Below are positions 30,094 through 40,585 of a DNA stretch of 64,000 nucleotides, in pieces; position 1 is the stretch's first letter; each line of letters starts with the position of its first letter. Below the pieces are notes generated by a model, which saw nothing but the letters and a program-made list of their open reading frames with translations, was not told the origin of the DNA and did no database searches. Source of the stretch: an uncultured bacterium (lineage in GTDB: Bacteria; Babelota; Babeliae; Babelales; Babelaceae); the NCBI GenBank assembly GCA_963848965.1, contig CAWKFG010000004.1, forward strand, positions 32,001 to 96,000, read 5' to 3'. The position numbers were made by a program, and so were the translations under genes.

Positions 30094-31929
30094 TCACCTC
30101 AAAGGAGCTTCTTGTTCCTTACAAATAGGCTGTTTCTCAACTTTTTGAGACGTATGATCGTCTTCACCTTGCTGCCTTTGCCAAAGCTGAGCATATACTC
30201 CCTTAGAGCGCAAAAGCTGATTATGGGTTCCTCGTTCCACTATAGTACCTTGATCGAGCACAAGTATTTCATGAGCATGAACTACAGTAGAAAGCCTATG
30301 AGCAATAACAATAGTTGTTCTATGGGTAGAAATTTCTTCAAGATTCTGTTGAATTTCTCGCTCTGTATGAGTATCTAATGATGAAGTTGCTTCATCAAAT
30401 ATATACAAGGCAGGCATCTTAAGTAAAAGACGAGCAATACCAACACGCTGCTTTTCGCCCCCTGAAAGTTTAAGGCCACGTTCACCTACAACAGTACTAT
30501 ATCCTTGTGGTAAAGAGGTAATGAAAGTATCTAAATGAGCCAATTGTGCAGCTTTTTGCACTTCACTTTCTAGTGCTGTAGGATTGCCATAAGCAATATT
30601 GTGATACAGTGTATTATTAAAAAGAACAGTATCTTGAGGTACAACCCCTATAGTTTGATGCAAAGATTTTTGGGTAACAGAGCGAATATCAACTCCATTA
30701 AGCACAATAGAGCCAGAGTCAACATCGTAAAAGCGAAAGAGAAGCCGCGCTATCGTTGACTTTCCTGATCCACTCGGGCCCACAATGGCAACAGTTTCAC
30801 CTGCAGGTACGGCAAAAGACACTCCCTTTAAAATACCACGCTCTGGAGTATAGCTAAAATATACATTATCAAACACAACCTCTGCTTTATCTATCTTTAA
30901 AGAAGAGGCATGAGATACATCTTTTATCTCTGGCTCAAGGTGCATAACCTCTAAAGCTGAACGCATATCCTGAATACCTCTACGTACTTGATGCATAATG
31001 TAACTAAAATGATTAAGTGGCATAGCAAATTGCAAAAAGTATCCATTAATAAGCACAAAGTCCCCAACATTCATAGTACCATTATATACTGCTCTACCTG
31101 CCATCCAGGTAAGAGCAGTGAGTCCTAATCCAATTACTACTCCTTGGCCCATTTGCACAGTACTATCAGTTAAAAATCTTTTTGTTCCTGCATCTTCTTG
31201 TTCTTTTAAAAGCTCATTTATTTGAGTATGTTCATACTGCTCATTATTAAAATATTTTATCGTTTCAATGTTGAGCAAGCTGTCAACAATACGAGCACTT
31301 GATTGTATACGCTTTTCATTATGATGTTCCTGCGCTTTTATAGATCGGCTCATTGCCACAAAGCTAAAGAAAAGATACCCTATAGTAATAAAAAGCAAAG
31401 CAATACCATAGCATAAGCCATATAGGTAAGAAAGAAGAACTATTACAAGAGTCATTTCAAGAGCTGTAGGAATCAAAAACAACGTAAGCCCCCAAAAGAT
31501 ATTATCATAGCCATGTTGTGCCCGATCAATAGCATTAGTTAATGCGCCTGTTCTTCGCTCAGTATGAAACCGTTGTGATAATGAAAGTACATGATCAAAA
31601 AATGATAAGCTTAACAAACGCATACCGCGCTCAAGGACACGGTATATAATATGTATACGCAACTGTGTTACTATTTGACCCAAAGTCCAAAAAAGCCCAT
31701 AGCTTGCAAGCACAAGTGACAAAAAAGCAGGAGAAAGTGACTGCGTTTGGGAAAACGTATTAACAATAGTTTTAAAAATAACAGGGATACTCAGATTTAT
31801 AGCTATCATAACACCTGTTAAGAGAAATGATGTTATAATGCGTAATCGTATACGCCATTGAGGTACCCATACGTATGGCAACAGTTGAAAAATAATTTTT
31901 GCTGAGGAATAATTTTTACCAGGTGACAT
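30094..31929 (-). CDS. ABC transporter ATP-binding/permease, ATM1/HMT1-like (ABCB) half transporter
   Basis: FHTERRTGAL, DSLLNIETIKYFNNE, GPSGSGKST, VVPQDTVLFN, LSGGEKQR, DEATSSLD. Confidence 0.88.
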   Translation of the reverse strand: MSPGKNYSSAKIIFQLLPYVWVPQWRIRLRIITSFLLTGVMIAINLSIPVIFKTIVNTFSQTQSLSPAFLSLVLASYGLFWTLGQIVTQLRIHIIYRVLERGMRLLSLSFFDHVLSLSQRFHTERRTGALTNAIDRAQHGYDNIFWGLTLFLIPTALEMTLVIVLLSYLYGLCYGIALLFITIGYLFFSFVAMSRSIKAQEHHNEKRIQSSARIVDSLLNIETIKYFNNEQYEHTQINELLKEQEDAGTKRFLTDSTVQMGQGVVIGLGLTALTWMAGRAVYNGTMNVGDFVLINGYFLQFAMPLNHFSYIMHQVRRGIQDMRSALEVMHLEPEIKDVSHASSLKIDKAEVVFDNVYFSYTPERGILKGVSFAVPAGETVAIVGPSGSGKSTIARLLFRFYDVDSGSIVLNGVDIRSVTQKSLHQTIGVVPQDTVLFNNTLYHNIAYGNPTALESEVQKAAQLAHLDTFITSLPQGYSTVVGERGLKLSGGEKQRVGIARLLLKMPALYIFDEATSSLDTHTEREIQQNLEEISTHRTTIVIAHRLSTVVHAHEILVLDQGTIVERGTHNQLLRSKGVYAQLWQRQQGEDDHTSQKVEKQPICKEQEAPLR

Positions 31930-32208
31930 AAGACCACCTCTTTCTTATAATATACCCAGGAGGTATCACTTTTCTTTTGAATATCTAACTTTACCTATGT
32001 TTAAAAGTATAGCAAAGAAAAGAAAATTGTCATTTTCTCTAGAGAAAATAACTTCTTATTAAAGAACTCTTTAATAACGAAACTCAAACGCTTGTACAAT
32101 GAAAAAAGCTTTAAGGCAGTTCTCCAGCTCATTTTACAATTTGAGTGCAATACGATAAACTATAAAGAGATACACAGAATTTATATGCACCTTACGTAAA
32201 ACACACTC

Positions 32209-34032
32209 ATGGACCCTAAAAAATTAGACTTACAACAGTTTTCTCCCGATAAAATTCGGAATTTCTCGATTATTGCACATATTGATCACGGAAAATCAAC
32301 ACTTGCTGATCGGCTTTTAGAAATCACAGGAACACTCTCTACTCGTCATAAGCATGAGCAATTTTTAGATAAGTTGCAGGTAGAGCGTGAACGTGGTATT
32401 ACCGTAAAAGCACAATCTGCTTCGATGCTCTATACCTATAATGGTCAAAATTATCTACTGAATTTGATTGATACTCCAGGGCACGTCGACTTTAGCTATG
32501 AAGTGTCCCGCTCTTTATATGCCTGTCAAGGAGCAGTATTGCTTGTTGATGCTACACAGGGCGTACAAGCACAGACTATGGCTAACTTTTATCTGGCTTT
32601 TGAGCAAGATTTAACCATTGTACCGGTTATTAACAAAATAGATATAGCAAGTGCAGATCCTGCTCGTGTTGCAAAAGAGATGAAACAGCTTTTTGATTTT
32701 AATGAAAGCGAGATTTTAAAAGCCTCTGCAAAGACGGGTATTGGAATTACCGATCTTCTTAACAGCGTTATTGAGCGAATACCAGCTCCTCAAAGTACTG
32801 TAGATGCGCCACTTAAAGCTCTTTTATTTGATTCATGGTTTGACAGTTATAAAGGAGTTGTCTGTCTTATTGCTCTCAAAGACGGTACTATGAGGCGGGG
32901 AGACAAAATTACGCTAGCTCAATTGCAAAGAGATTATGAAGTATTAGAACTTGGTCTTATGTACCCTAATGAAACTCCTCTAGATGCACTCTATGCAGGG
33001 CAGGTAGGCTATGTTATTGCAGGCATGAAGACAGTACAAGAAGCACGAGTGGGTGAAACTATTTATCATAGTAAAAAGCCTGTTGTACCATTTCCTGGAT
33101 TTAAGCCTGCAAAGCCAATGGTATTTGCTGGTATTTTTCCTGTAGAAAATGAAGATTTTGATGTCTTACGTGACTCAATTGAAAAGCTTACACTTAACGA
33201 TGCAAGTGTAAAAGTAGAAAAGAAAAATTCTACAGCGCTTGGCCTTGGTTTTAGATGTGGCTTTTTAGGCTTATTACATATGGACGTATTCAAGCAACGT
33301 CTTGAGCAAGAATATGGACTTTCAGTTATTATTACAGCACCAAGCGTGTTATACAAAATAAAATTAGCATATACTAACGAAATGATAAGTATTGAAAGTC
33401 CATCAGATTTTCCTGATCCGCAAAAGATAGACACTGTATACGAGCCTGTTATTGATGCTACTATTATTATGCCAAAAATGTATTTAGGCTCTATTATAAA
33501 ACTGTGTCAAGATAAACGGGGCGTACAGCAAGGTCTTGAATATTTAAATGAAGACCGCATAATATTACGGTATCGGCTTCCTTTAAATGAAGTTGCTACC
33601 GATTTTTATGACCAGTTAAAATCATTAACATCGGGATATGCAAGTCTTGATTATGAAGAATCAGATTATCAAGCAAGCGATTTAGTAAAAATGGATATCT
33701 TGCTTAACGGTAAGCCTGTTGATGCACTTTCTACTATTGTACACAGAGAGAGTGCTTACAATGTTGGTAGAGAGCTTGCTGAAAAATTGAGAAAAGTTAT
33801 TCCACGGCAGCTTTTTGAAATTGTTATTCAAGCTGCTATTGGAGCTAAGATTCTAGCACGAGAGTCAATTTCAGCACTGCGCAAAAACGTAACAGCTAAA
33901 TGTTATGGTGGTGATATTACTCGTAAACGTAAATTACTTGAAAAACAAAAAGAAGGTAAAAAGAAAATGAAACAAGTTGGTAACGTAGAAGTACCGCAAG
34001 AAGCATTCTTAACCATACTTAAAAAAGAGTAA
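32209..34032 (+). CDS. lepA: Elongation factor 4 (LepA/GUF1)
   Basis: IRNFSIIAHIDHGKSTLADR, DTPGHVDF, GFRCGFLGLLHM, KCYGGDITRKRKLLEKQKEGKK. Confidence 0.97.
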   Translation: MDPKKLDLQQFSPDKIRNFSIIAHIDHGKSTLADRLLEITGTLSTRHKHEQFLDKLQVERERGITVKAQSASMLYTYNGQNYLLNLIDTPGHVDFSYEVSRSLYACQGAVLLVDATQGVQAQTMANFYLAFEQDLTIVPVINKIDIASADPARVAKEMKQLFDFNESEILKASAKTGIGITDLLNSVIERIPAPQSTVDAPLKALLFDSWFDSYKGVVCLIALKDGTMRRGDKITLAQLQRDYEVLELGLMYPNETPLDALYAGQVGYVIAGMKTVQEARVGETIYHSKKPVVPFPGFKPAKPMVFAGIFPVENEDFDVLRDSIEKLTLNDASVKVEKKNSTALGLGFRCGFLGLLHMDVFKQRLEQEYGLSVIITAPSVLYKIKLAYTNEMISIESPSDFPDPQKIDTVYEPVIDATIIMPKMYLGSIIKLCQDKRGVQQGLEYLNEDRIILRYRLPLNEVATDFYDQLKSLTSGYASLDYEESDYQASDLVKMDILLNGKPVDALSTIVHRESAYNVGRELAEKLRKVIPRQLFEIVIQAAIGAKILARESISALRKNVTAKCYGGDITRKRKLLEKQKEGKKKMKQVGNVEVPQEAFLTILKKE

Positions 34033-34038
34033 AGTATC

Positions 34039-35130
34039 ATGACTCCACATGAACGTGACGCAGATGCTCGTTCCCATTTATTTTCAGGTAATGTCTTTAT
34101 TTTTCACAGCTTTGATGTGGGTGAAGACATTAACCTCGAGCGCGTAAAAGATCTTCAGCTTCTTTTACGACGTCCTTTGATTCTCTCAAAGTATTTTAAA
34201 AATTATCATATTCCCCTTGCAGTAGAGCTTCCACATCCTCATACAAGCTCGCGCTGCGTAAGTGCCAAGTTACATAACTTTGGTGTTATTTCACTTGCTT
34301 ATAAAATACCATTTCGTGAAACACTTGATGATTTACGAACGCATATTAATGGTATTGAAGATGAATATCGTGAACAAAGTGTTATTGATGCAGGCTCTCT
34401 TTTTAAAAAAATAAAGTCTGAGATCAAGCAGCCGAAGTTTTTTCACTTACGAAGATCATATGTATTAATTCAAGTTGACCCAGATTCTGCATTAGATATT
34501 GTACAGCTTAAAGAGCGGTACGGCGGCATTATTGCTTCTACATTGCGTTTTGAAACTGAGTCACTGTCTGAATATCAAAAGAATGAGATTCTTGACTCTG
34601 CGATTGGTTATTATCGTGGTGATCTTATTATCATAGATACTGAAGCCGCATTCATTTATGATGATGAATATGAAGAATTTTTAGATCTTTTTGAGTTTGC
34701 AAATATGCAGCAACTTGAATTGCAGTACTTTGACAGAGTATTAGATCAACAATTGAACGCTGTGTATGAACGAGAGATTAAAAAGCTGCCATTACGCTCC
34801 TATTTACCTTTTGTAGGTACATTACGGAGTGACCTAGTGAGCGATCTTGGTAAATTAAAGGTAGATATTTCAGTAATTACTGAACGACTTGAAAATAGTA
34901 TTAAACTTGCAGGTGAAGCCTATTACTCTGAGCTTTATAGCCTCCTTGTTGAAAAACTTGATATAGGAAACTGGCGCGAATCTATTACTCGTAAACTTGA
35001 AATTATTATTGACGTACGAACAGTCTATGAAAATAAGGTTGAAGCATTACGAGAGGATCTTCTTTCAGTTCTTATTATCGTTCTTATTTTTATTGAGCTT
35101 GTAGTGGGTATTTTACACTACTTTAAATAG
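34039..35130 (+). CDS. RMD1/DUF155-like conserved protein with C-terminal TM helix
   Basis: LELQYFD..LD..L, ERLENSIK..GE.YY..LY, W...I..KL, ending LIIVLIFIELVVG. Confidence 0.55.
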   Translation: MTPHERDADARSHLFSGNVFIFHSFDVGEDINLERVKDLQLLLRRPLILSKYFKNYHIPLAVELPHPHTSSRCVSAKLHNFGVISLAYKIPFRETLDDLRTHINGIEDEYREQSVIDAGSLFKKIKSEIKQPKFFHLRRSYVLIQVDPDSALDIVQLKERYGGIIASTLRFETESLSEYQKNEILDSAIGYYRGDLIIIDTEAAFIYDDEYEEFLDLFEFANMQQLELQYFDRVLDQQLNAVYEREIKKLPLRSYLPFVGTLRSDLVSDLGKLKVDISVITERLENSIKLAGEAYYSELYSLLVEKLDIGNWRESITRKLEIIIDVRTVYENKVEALREDLLSVLIIVLIFIELVVGILHYFK

Positions 35131-35178
35131 ATGTATAACGTAGTAAATGCTCTAGACTATGCCATTGAATAAAAAACA

Positions 35179-35202
35179 TGAGGCACCCTATAGGGTGCCT
35201 CA
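35179..35202. terminator. Perfect 24-bp palindrome between convergent genes (probable terminator)
   Basis: TGAGGCACCCTATAGGGTGCCTCA. Confidence 0.6.
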
Positions 35203-35225
35203 CTAATTTTCACTTTAAGCTATGC

Positions 35226-35651
35226 TTAACGGGTAGCTGCTCTACGCCCTTCTTCTCTTGATTCCCCAGCGCCAAACATCTCTTTTATTCTTCCGAGTAC
35301 ACCTTTTGGTTCTTCTTTTCTTGTTCCTCTATCATCTCTTCTATCTTCTCTTCTGCGGTCATCTCTTCTTCTAAAGTCTCTTCTTAATCTATCAAAGAAA
35401 CCTCTACCTTCAAGTCTATGTTGTGCTCGTTTAAGATTAGATTCAGCACGGCTGATAAAATCAGCTTTAGCTCTACGAGCTTTTAAGCAACGACCAACTT
35501 CTTGCCAAAATGCAACAGTTTGTCTTCTACGTTCTGTTCTACTTTCTTTTTTCGGTCTCGTATCTCGAGTTGATCGTGTTTGTGCAAAGATCTCAGAGTA
35601 GGTTATGAAAGATGTTCCAACGAGGGCTACAAAAAGAATAGTTCTTTTCAT
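35226..35651 (-). CDS. Signal-peptide, very Arg-rich small protein
   Basis: RBS AAGGAG; hydrophobic N-terminus; RRDFRRRDDRRREDRRDDR. Confidence 0.65.
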   Translation of the reverse strand: MKRTILFVALVGTSFITYSEIFAQTRSTRDTRPKKESRTERRRQTVAFWQEVGRCLKARRAKADFISRAESNLKRAQHRLEGRGFFDRLRRDFRRRDDRRREDRRDDRGTRKEEPKGVLGRIKEMFGAGESREEGRRAATR

Positions 35652-35965
35652 GTGATTCTCCTTATATAGGCTATTTATTTTACTTTTATCTATCTTTTTT
35701 ACTTTAAATTATTTACTAATTGAAAATCAAGAAAGAGTATCTTTTTTGCATTTTTTCAAGAAATACTCCTCAAGGGCTAAGTTCTTCATTGTTCTCAATA
35801 ACATCTATAAAAGCACTCTTAGGGGTAAAGGTGGGAAGAAGTCTACTAACATCAGACACAATAACCCCTTACCTTGAAGAAAATTCATATTACAATTTGA
35901 CAAATTTTACTAGTGCTATAGAATGGTTCTTATGTTATGTGTTGAACGTTATTAAGAAAGTATAT

Positions 35966-38218
35966 ATGAACTATAAATTAGCCATTTTTGGCATTCTTTG
36001 TGCTCTTAGCTTCTCTTGCCTTAGTATGAAAAGGACTCATGAAGAAGATGACCAACAGCCTGCTAAAAAGCAAGCTACTTTTACTTCATCACAAGTAGCT
36101 CTTATAAAAAGCATTATTGAACAGGATACTGAACAAATAAAAGCATTGTGGGCACAACAGCAAGATTGGCAAAGTTTATTACTAGGATGCGCTTACGCAT
36201 TACGCTCCGGTAAACAAGAAATCCTAAAAACTCTCATTGCATTAAATCTAAGAGATGCGCATGGCAAAACCATTTTAATAACAGCAGTTATAACAGGACA
36301 GATTCAATTCGTCTCAGCTCTTATTGCATCTGGTGCTGATGTTAATGCACAAGATATATTCGGCTGGACACCGCTCTTTTACGCACTACATTATGGCAAT
36401 AAAGCACTTGTACAACTGCTTCTTAACGCTGGAGCTTCTACAACTATAGCTGATCCTTTTGGTTATGCATGTAGTTATCTCGATATCTTATTACAATCAA
36501 GCAAAAAAAAATCGTGGAATACCATGGAACGGCTCCTTGAAGCTATAGAAACAAAGCATAGATATGTTGAAGGAAATGCCTACGACACTACTCCTGATAT
36601 GCATACGGCTATTTCAGGGCTTATGATCGCTGCAGCACATGGCAATAAAGAGCTTGTAGAACTTTTTCTCCAAACTGATTGTGATATAGATGACGAATCA
36701 TTAGCAGGTTCTGCACTTATTCTTGCTTATAAACATGGACAAAATGATATAGTCAGAATGCTTTTAGAAAAAGGCGCAGAGATAAATGCAGTAGACTACG
36801 ACGAGGCTACAGTGCTCGCATTAGCCGCAGCTAAAAATGATACAGAAATGGTAGAAGATCTTATACAAGCAGGAGCAGATGTTAATGAAGGATCAACTCT
36901 TCATAAAGCTGCCGAAACTGGACAAACATCTATGGTTAAACTACTACTTAATCGAGGAGCAGATGCAACACAACGAGGTCACTGCTACCGACATGGAACA
37001 CCCCTTCACCTTGCTGTAATGGAGGGTTATTTAGACACTGTTAATACTCTTCTTGAAGCAGGAATAGATCCTGATATTCAAGATGGGACTGGCTTTCCCC
37101 CTCTTGTTCATGCAGTAAATGATCACCACAAAGACATAATAAAAAGATTTTTAGAAGTAAGTAAAAATCTTGATTTCAAGCTTCTTGCTGCTGCATATAT
37201 AGGAGATACCGCACTGGTTAAAAGCCTTCTTGACCAAGGAGCAAATATTAACATTGAAGGTATTCTCGCAATGACTCCTCTCATTATAGCAGCTGAAGAA
37301 AACCATAACGACGTTGTTAAAGTATTGCTTGAGCACGGAGCTCACTTTGTCCCAGCTAACAATGCAGGTGATGATGTATATTGGGCAAGCCCCTTAAGCG
37401 CTGCCGCTGCTGAAGGAAATATAGAGCTTATACATACTCTTATAGCTTCTGGTGATCCCTTACGAGATAATGCTCTTGTTCGAGCTATCGATGAAGGTAA
37501 TTTTAAGGCAGCTCTCACGCTTTTGGCATATGGAGCAAATCCTACATTCGACCAAGATCCTCAAGTTAGCAGATCAGCACTAGAATTGGCCGAACGCCCA
37601 GCCTCTAAAGATCTTCATTTTATTTGTACAATGTGCACAAATGCAGAAATTCAGGAGTATATTAAAAGTCCTGGTGAATGTACCGCTAGGTTTATAAATA
37701 CTTGTGTCCAGAATAACAATCTCATATGCGATAGCACGTATCATCAATCACCACTAGTATGGGCATGTATCTTTGATCACAAGGAAATTGTACAATTATT
37801 GATTGATGAATGTAAAAAATATCCTCTTTTAAGAGCTCTGTTTAATAGCAAAGATGTTCAAGGCAGAACCCCTTTAATGTATGCCATCATTTGCCAAAGT
37901 TATGAAATAGCGGAACTTTTGTTATCAGTAGGTGACACATTATCAGATACCTCTATAATAGATGTAAACAAAAGAGATAAAGATGACAATACCGCTCTTT
38001 ATTATGCCGTTAAAGCAGGTAACTTAAGACTTGTCAATGCTCTTTTAAATGCTGGTGCTAAAGTACAAACAAAATGTATTGAACTTGCAGCACAAATGTA
38101 TAACAAAGAGATAATGATTAATCTGCTTTTTGCCTCTGCTAAAACATTTGGCGCTTTAGCAAATAATCCTGCTCATACTCAAGCTCAAGAAAAGCTTCCT
38201 CGCCTCTTTAAAACATAA
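35966..38218 (+). CDS. Signal-peptide multi-ankyrin-repeat protein
   Basis: Start moved to ATG 35966 (MNYKLAIFGIL); many TPL..A/GADVN repeats. Confidence 0.85.
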   Translation: MNYKLAIFGILCALSFSCLSMKRTHEEDDQQPAKKQATFTSSQVALIKSIIEQDTEQIKALWAQQQDWQSLLLGCAYALRSGKQEILKTLIALNLRDAHGKTILITAVITGQIQFVSALIASGADVNAQDIFGWTPLFYALHYGNKALVQLLLNAGASTTIADPFGYACSYLDILLQSSKKKSWNTMERLLEAIETKHRYVEGNAYDTTPDMHTAISGLMIAAAHGNKELVELFLQTDCDIDDESLAGSALILAYKHGQNDIVRMLLEKGAEINAVDYDEATVLALAAAKNDTEMVEDLIQAGADVNEGSTLHKAAETGQTSMVKLLLNRGADATQRGHCYRHGTPLHLAVMEGYLDTVNTLLEAGIDPDIQDGTGFPPLVHAVNDHHKDIIKRFLEVSKNLDFKLLAAAYIGDTALVKSLLDQGANINIEGILAMTPLIIAAEENHNDVVKVLLEHGAHFVPANNAGDDVYWASPLSAAAAEGNIELIHTLIASGDPLRDNALVRAIDEGNFKAALTLLAYGANPTFDQDPQVSRSALELAERPASKDLHFICTMCTNAEIQEYIKSPGECTARFINTCVQNNNLICDSTYHQSPLVWACIFDHKEIVQLLIDECKKYPLLRALFNSKDVQGRTPLMYAIICQSYEIAELLLSVGDTLSDTSIIDVNKRDKDDNTALYYAVKAGNLRLVNALLNAGAKVQTKCIELAAQMYNKEIMINLLFASAKTFGALANNPAHTQAQEKLPRLFKT

Positions 38219-38240
38219 CTACCAGAATAACTTCATATAA

Positions 38241-38272
38241 AAAGGCTCTGGTTTATTTGCCAGAGCCTTTTT
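38241..38272. terminator. Bidirectional terminator
   Basis: AAAGGCTCTGG-TTTATTTG-CCAGAGCCTTT with A/T runs on both sides. Confidence 0.75.
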
Positions 38273-38288
38273 TGTACTATAGTATCTA

Positions 38289-40511
38289 CTACTTGAAAAG
38301 AGCCGCATAAGGGCTTCCGTCTTCTTTCTTCTGCATTGATAAAAGAAGTATAATAGTTATTTCTTTATACTCTAGCTCTGTGGCTAGTTTAAGAGCAGGT
38401 ATCCTTAACGTATAGAACGGGTTAAGAGCAAGGATCTCATGAACTAAGTATATATCATTATGTAAGACAGCATGTGTTAAAGTTGAATGTAATAAAACAC
38501 TAGAGGGTGTACTTGGATAGCAAACTTCCTCAAAAGCTTGCACATTAATACCACTTTTTACAAGAGGAAGAAGTAATCGTATGCATTCTTTGTTCTTATG
38601 CCTTATAGCATAGATTAAAGCAGTATAACCACTTTTATCCTGAGCATTGATATACCATTGAGGAGGGTTACATGCAAGAAGCTTTTTCACGTTCTGAGTA
38701 TGGCCAAGTATACATGCCCACATAAGTACTGTTTGATGAAAACAATTATTATGCGCCTGAGGAGTCTCTGGATATACAAGCGCACCCTTAACACATGTTC
38801 TTAAGTATCTATTTTTACTCAAAAATTGTGTCGTATACCAGTCAATATACCGATCTGGATCATCTGCATAATTTTTAAACCCTTCATTCATATAAAACTT
38901 AATAAGTGCCTGTGGCTCATCCCAGACTTCCCTGCTAAACCATTTCATAGCTTTATAAACAGAAGCATTATGTGCAAGTAAGAGACTTATATTCTTTAGA
39001 TTTCTATACTCTGCAGCGTACACAAGAGCTGTTTTACGCTTATAATCCTTAAATTGTGTATCTGCACCTGCTTGTAGCAAAAGGTTTGTTATGCCATTAT
39101 TTTCACCTTTGCGTACTGAATGTATGAGCGCAGTAGCTAGTTTATGATCATCGGTTACATTTAAGTCTGCTCCTCTTTCTATGAGTATACGCACAACATC
39201 AGTATGCCCATTTCGCACTGTACTTATAAGAGGAGTCTCAGGATCGTCTCTATCTCCATTAATTTCTGCCTTATGATCAAGCAATAAATTTACTATATCT
39301 ACAAAACCGTTGCTAGCTGCAACTTCAAGGAGTAAGCGAGAATCGCTCGTATATAAATTAGGCGAAATCCCCTTTTTTAAGAAGAGAGATACAAGAGCTT
39401 TATATCCTTCTTCTACCGCCAATATAAGCGCTAGTTCTTCTCTTTTAAGACCTTCCAGCTCCTTATAGATGCCACTCTTTTCAACTTCATAATGCCTTTT
39501 CATAAGTGCTCGTAGTTCATGAATAACCTTATCGTTTTTACATTGAAGAAAAGCTTCATGGCCTATAAGCTCAACTGCATAATGATCAAGTAAAGGATAG
39601 GTAATTTCTTGATTACTTTTCTTTAAAGCCCAATCTAGAGCATTAAAACCTTGAGCATTACAGATCTTTGCATCAGCTCCTTTCTGCATAAGCAAGGCTA
39701 CAATTTCAGGACAATTTCTATCTACAGCGATCATCAAAGCTGTTTTTCCAGTAGTATTTTCTAGACTATTAATAGGTACCCCAGATGTAATAAGTTCATG
39801 CACTAATTCTTTGGCATTAAGATATACCGCTGCAAATAAAAGAATACATGCATCTGACTGTAGTACTTGGCCGATAAGGTCTTCTAGGTCTTTAGAAGAG
39901 TATAAAGAAGCTAAACTTATAGTAGATATATCTTTGTCTTTTACTATATGCTTTAAAATCACCGCAGCACACATACTATCCCCTTTTTCAAGAGCAGAGT
40001 GTAAAGCATCAGAAAGAACGTTCTGTCTGTCTGCAACCTTATATTCAAAAAGCAAATCTACTATTTCAGCATCTCTTTTTTCTAAAGCATAATACAGTGC
40101 ATTATGCTCCATTTCATTTTGCATGTGTACTAGAGCACCAGCTTTAAGCAGTGTGTGTACAATACCTCTATACCCATTTTTTACAGCAAGAATAAGCGGC
40201 GAATTACCATATTGATCTGTTTCATTACTATTTGCACCAGCATTAATAAGCCTTGTTACAAGTTCTTCATAACCATTTGTTGCCGCAAATGTAAGAGCTG
40301 TATCTCCTACAAAATCATGATTATTACTATCTTCATCACCTTGCAAAGCTCGATTAACTCTCTCTACTGTCCATTCTGACCATGACTCAATAAAGTGGTC
40401 ACCACCTTTTCTACATATTCTCTTATACGGTGGCGTTACATTTTTATTGTTTTCTCTTTTCATGCTATAAGTACTAAAACTAAAAAGCATTATACATAGG
40501 TATATAAGCAT
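38289..40511 (-). CDS. Signal-peptide multi-ankyrin-repeat protein
   Basis: TYS|MKR; GDTALTFAA, GNSPLILAV, GKTALMIAV, GYTALIYA. Confidence 0.85.
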   Translation of the reverse strand: MLIYLCIMLFSFSTYSMKRENNKNVTPPYKRICRKGGDHFIESWSEWTVERVNRALQGDEDSNNHDFVGDTALTFAATNGYEELVTRLINAGANSNETDQYGNSPLILAVKNGYRGIVHTLLKAGALVHMQNEMEHNALYYALEKRDAEIVDLLFEYKVADRQNVLSDALHSALEKGDSMCAAVILKHIVKDKDISTISLASLYSSKDLEDLIGQVLQSDACILLFAAVYLNAKELVHELITSGVPINSLENTTGKTALMIAVDRNCPEIVALLMQKGADAKICNAQGFNALDWALKKSNQEITYPLLDHYAVELIGHEAFLQCKNDKVIHELRALMKRHYEVEKSGIYKELEGLKREELALILAVEEGYKALVSLFLKKGISPNLYTSDSRLLLEVAASNGFVDIVNLLLDHKAEINGDRDDPETPLISTVRNGHTDVVRILIERGADLNVTDDHKLATALIHSVRKGENNGITNLLLQAGADTQFKDYKRKTALVYAAEYRNLKNISLLLAHNASVYKAMKWFSREVWDEPQALIKFYMNEGFKNYADDPDRYIDWYTTQFLSKNRYLRTCVKGALVYPETPQAHNNCFHQTVLMWACILGHTQNVKKLLACNPPQWYINAQDKSGYTALIYAIRHKNKECIRLLLPLVKSGINVQAFEEVCYPSTPSSVLLHSTLTHAVLHNDIYLVHEILALNPFYTLRIPALKLATELEYKEITIILLLSMQKKEDGSPYAALFK

Positions 40512-40585
40512 ATTTTTTCCTATTTTAATTTTATTTTTTCAAAGATACTAATAAGCATAGAGAAAAAGAACATTTTGTAAAGAAA

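Noticed and set aside
30094..31929. ABC transporter as the lasso exporter (D gene)
   Set aside because: About 29 kb from B/C and has ATM1/HMT1-type motifs; no evidence of linkage
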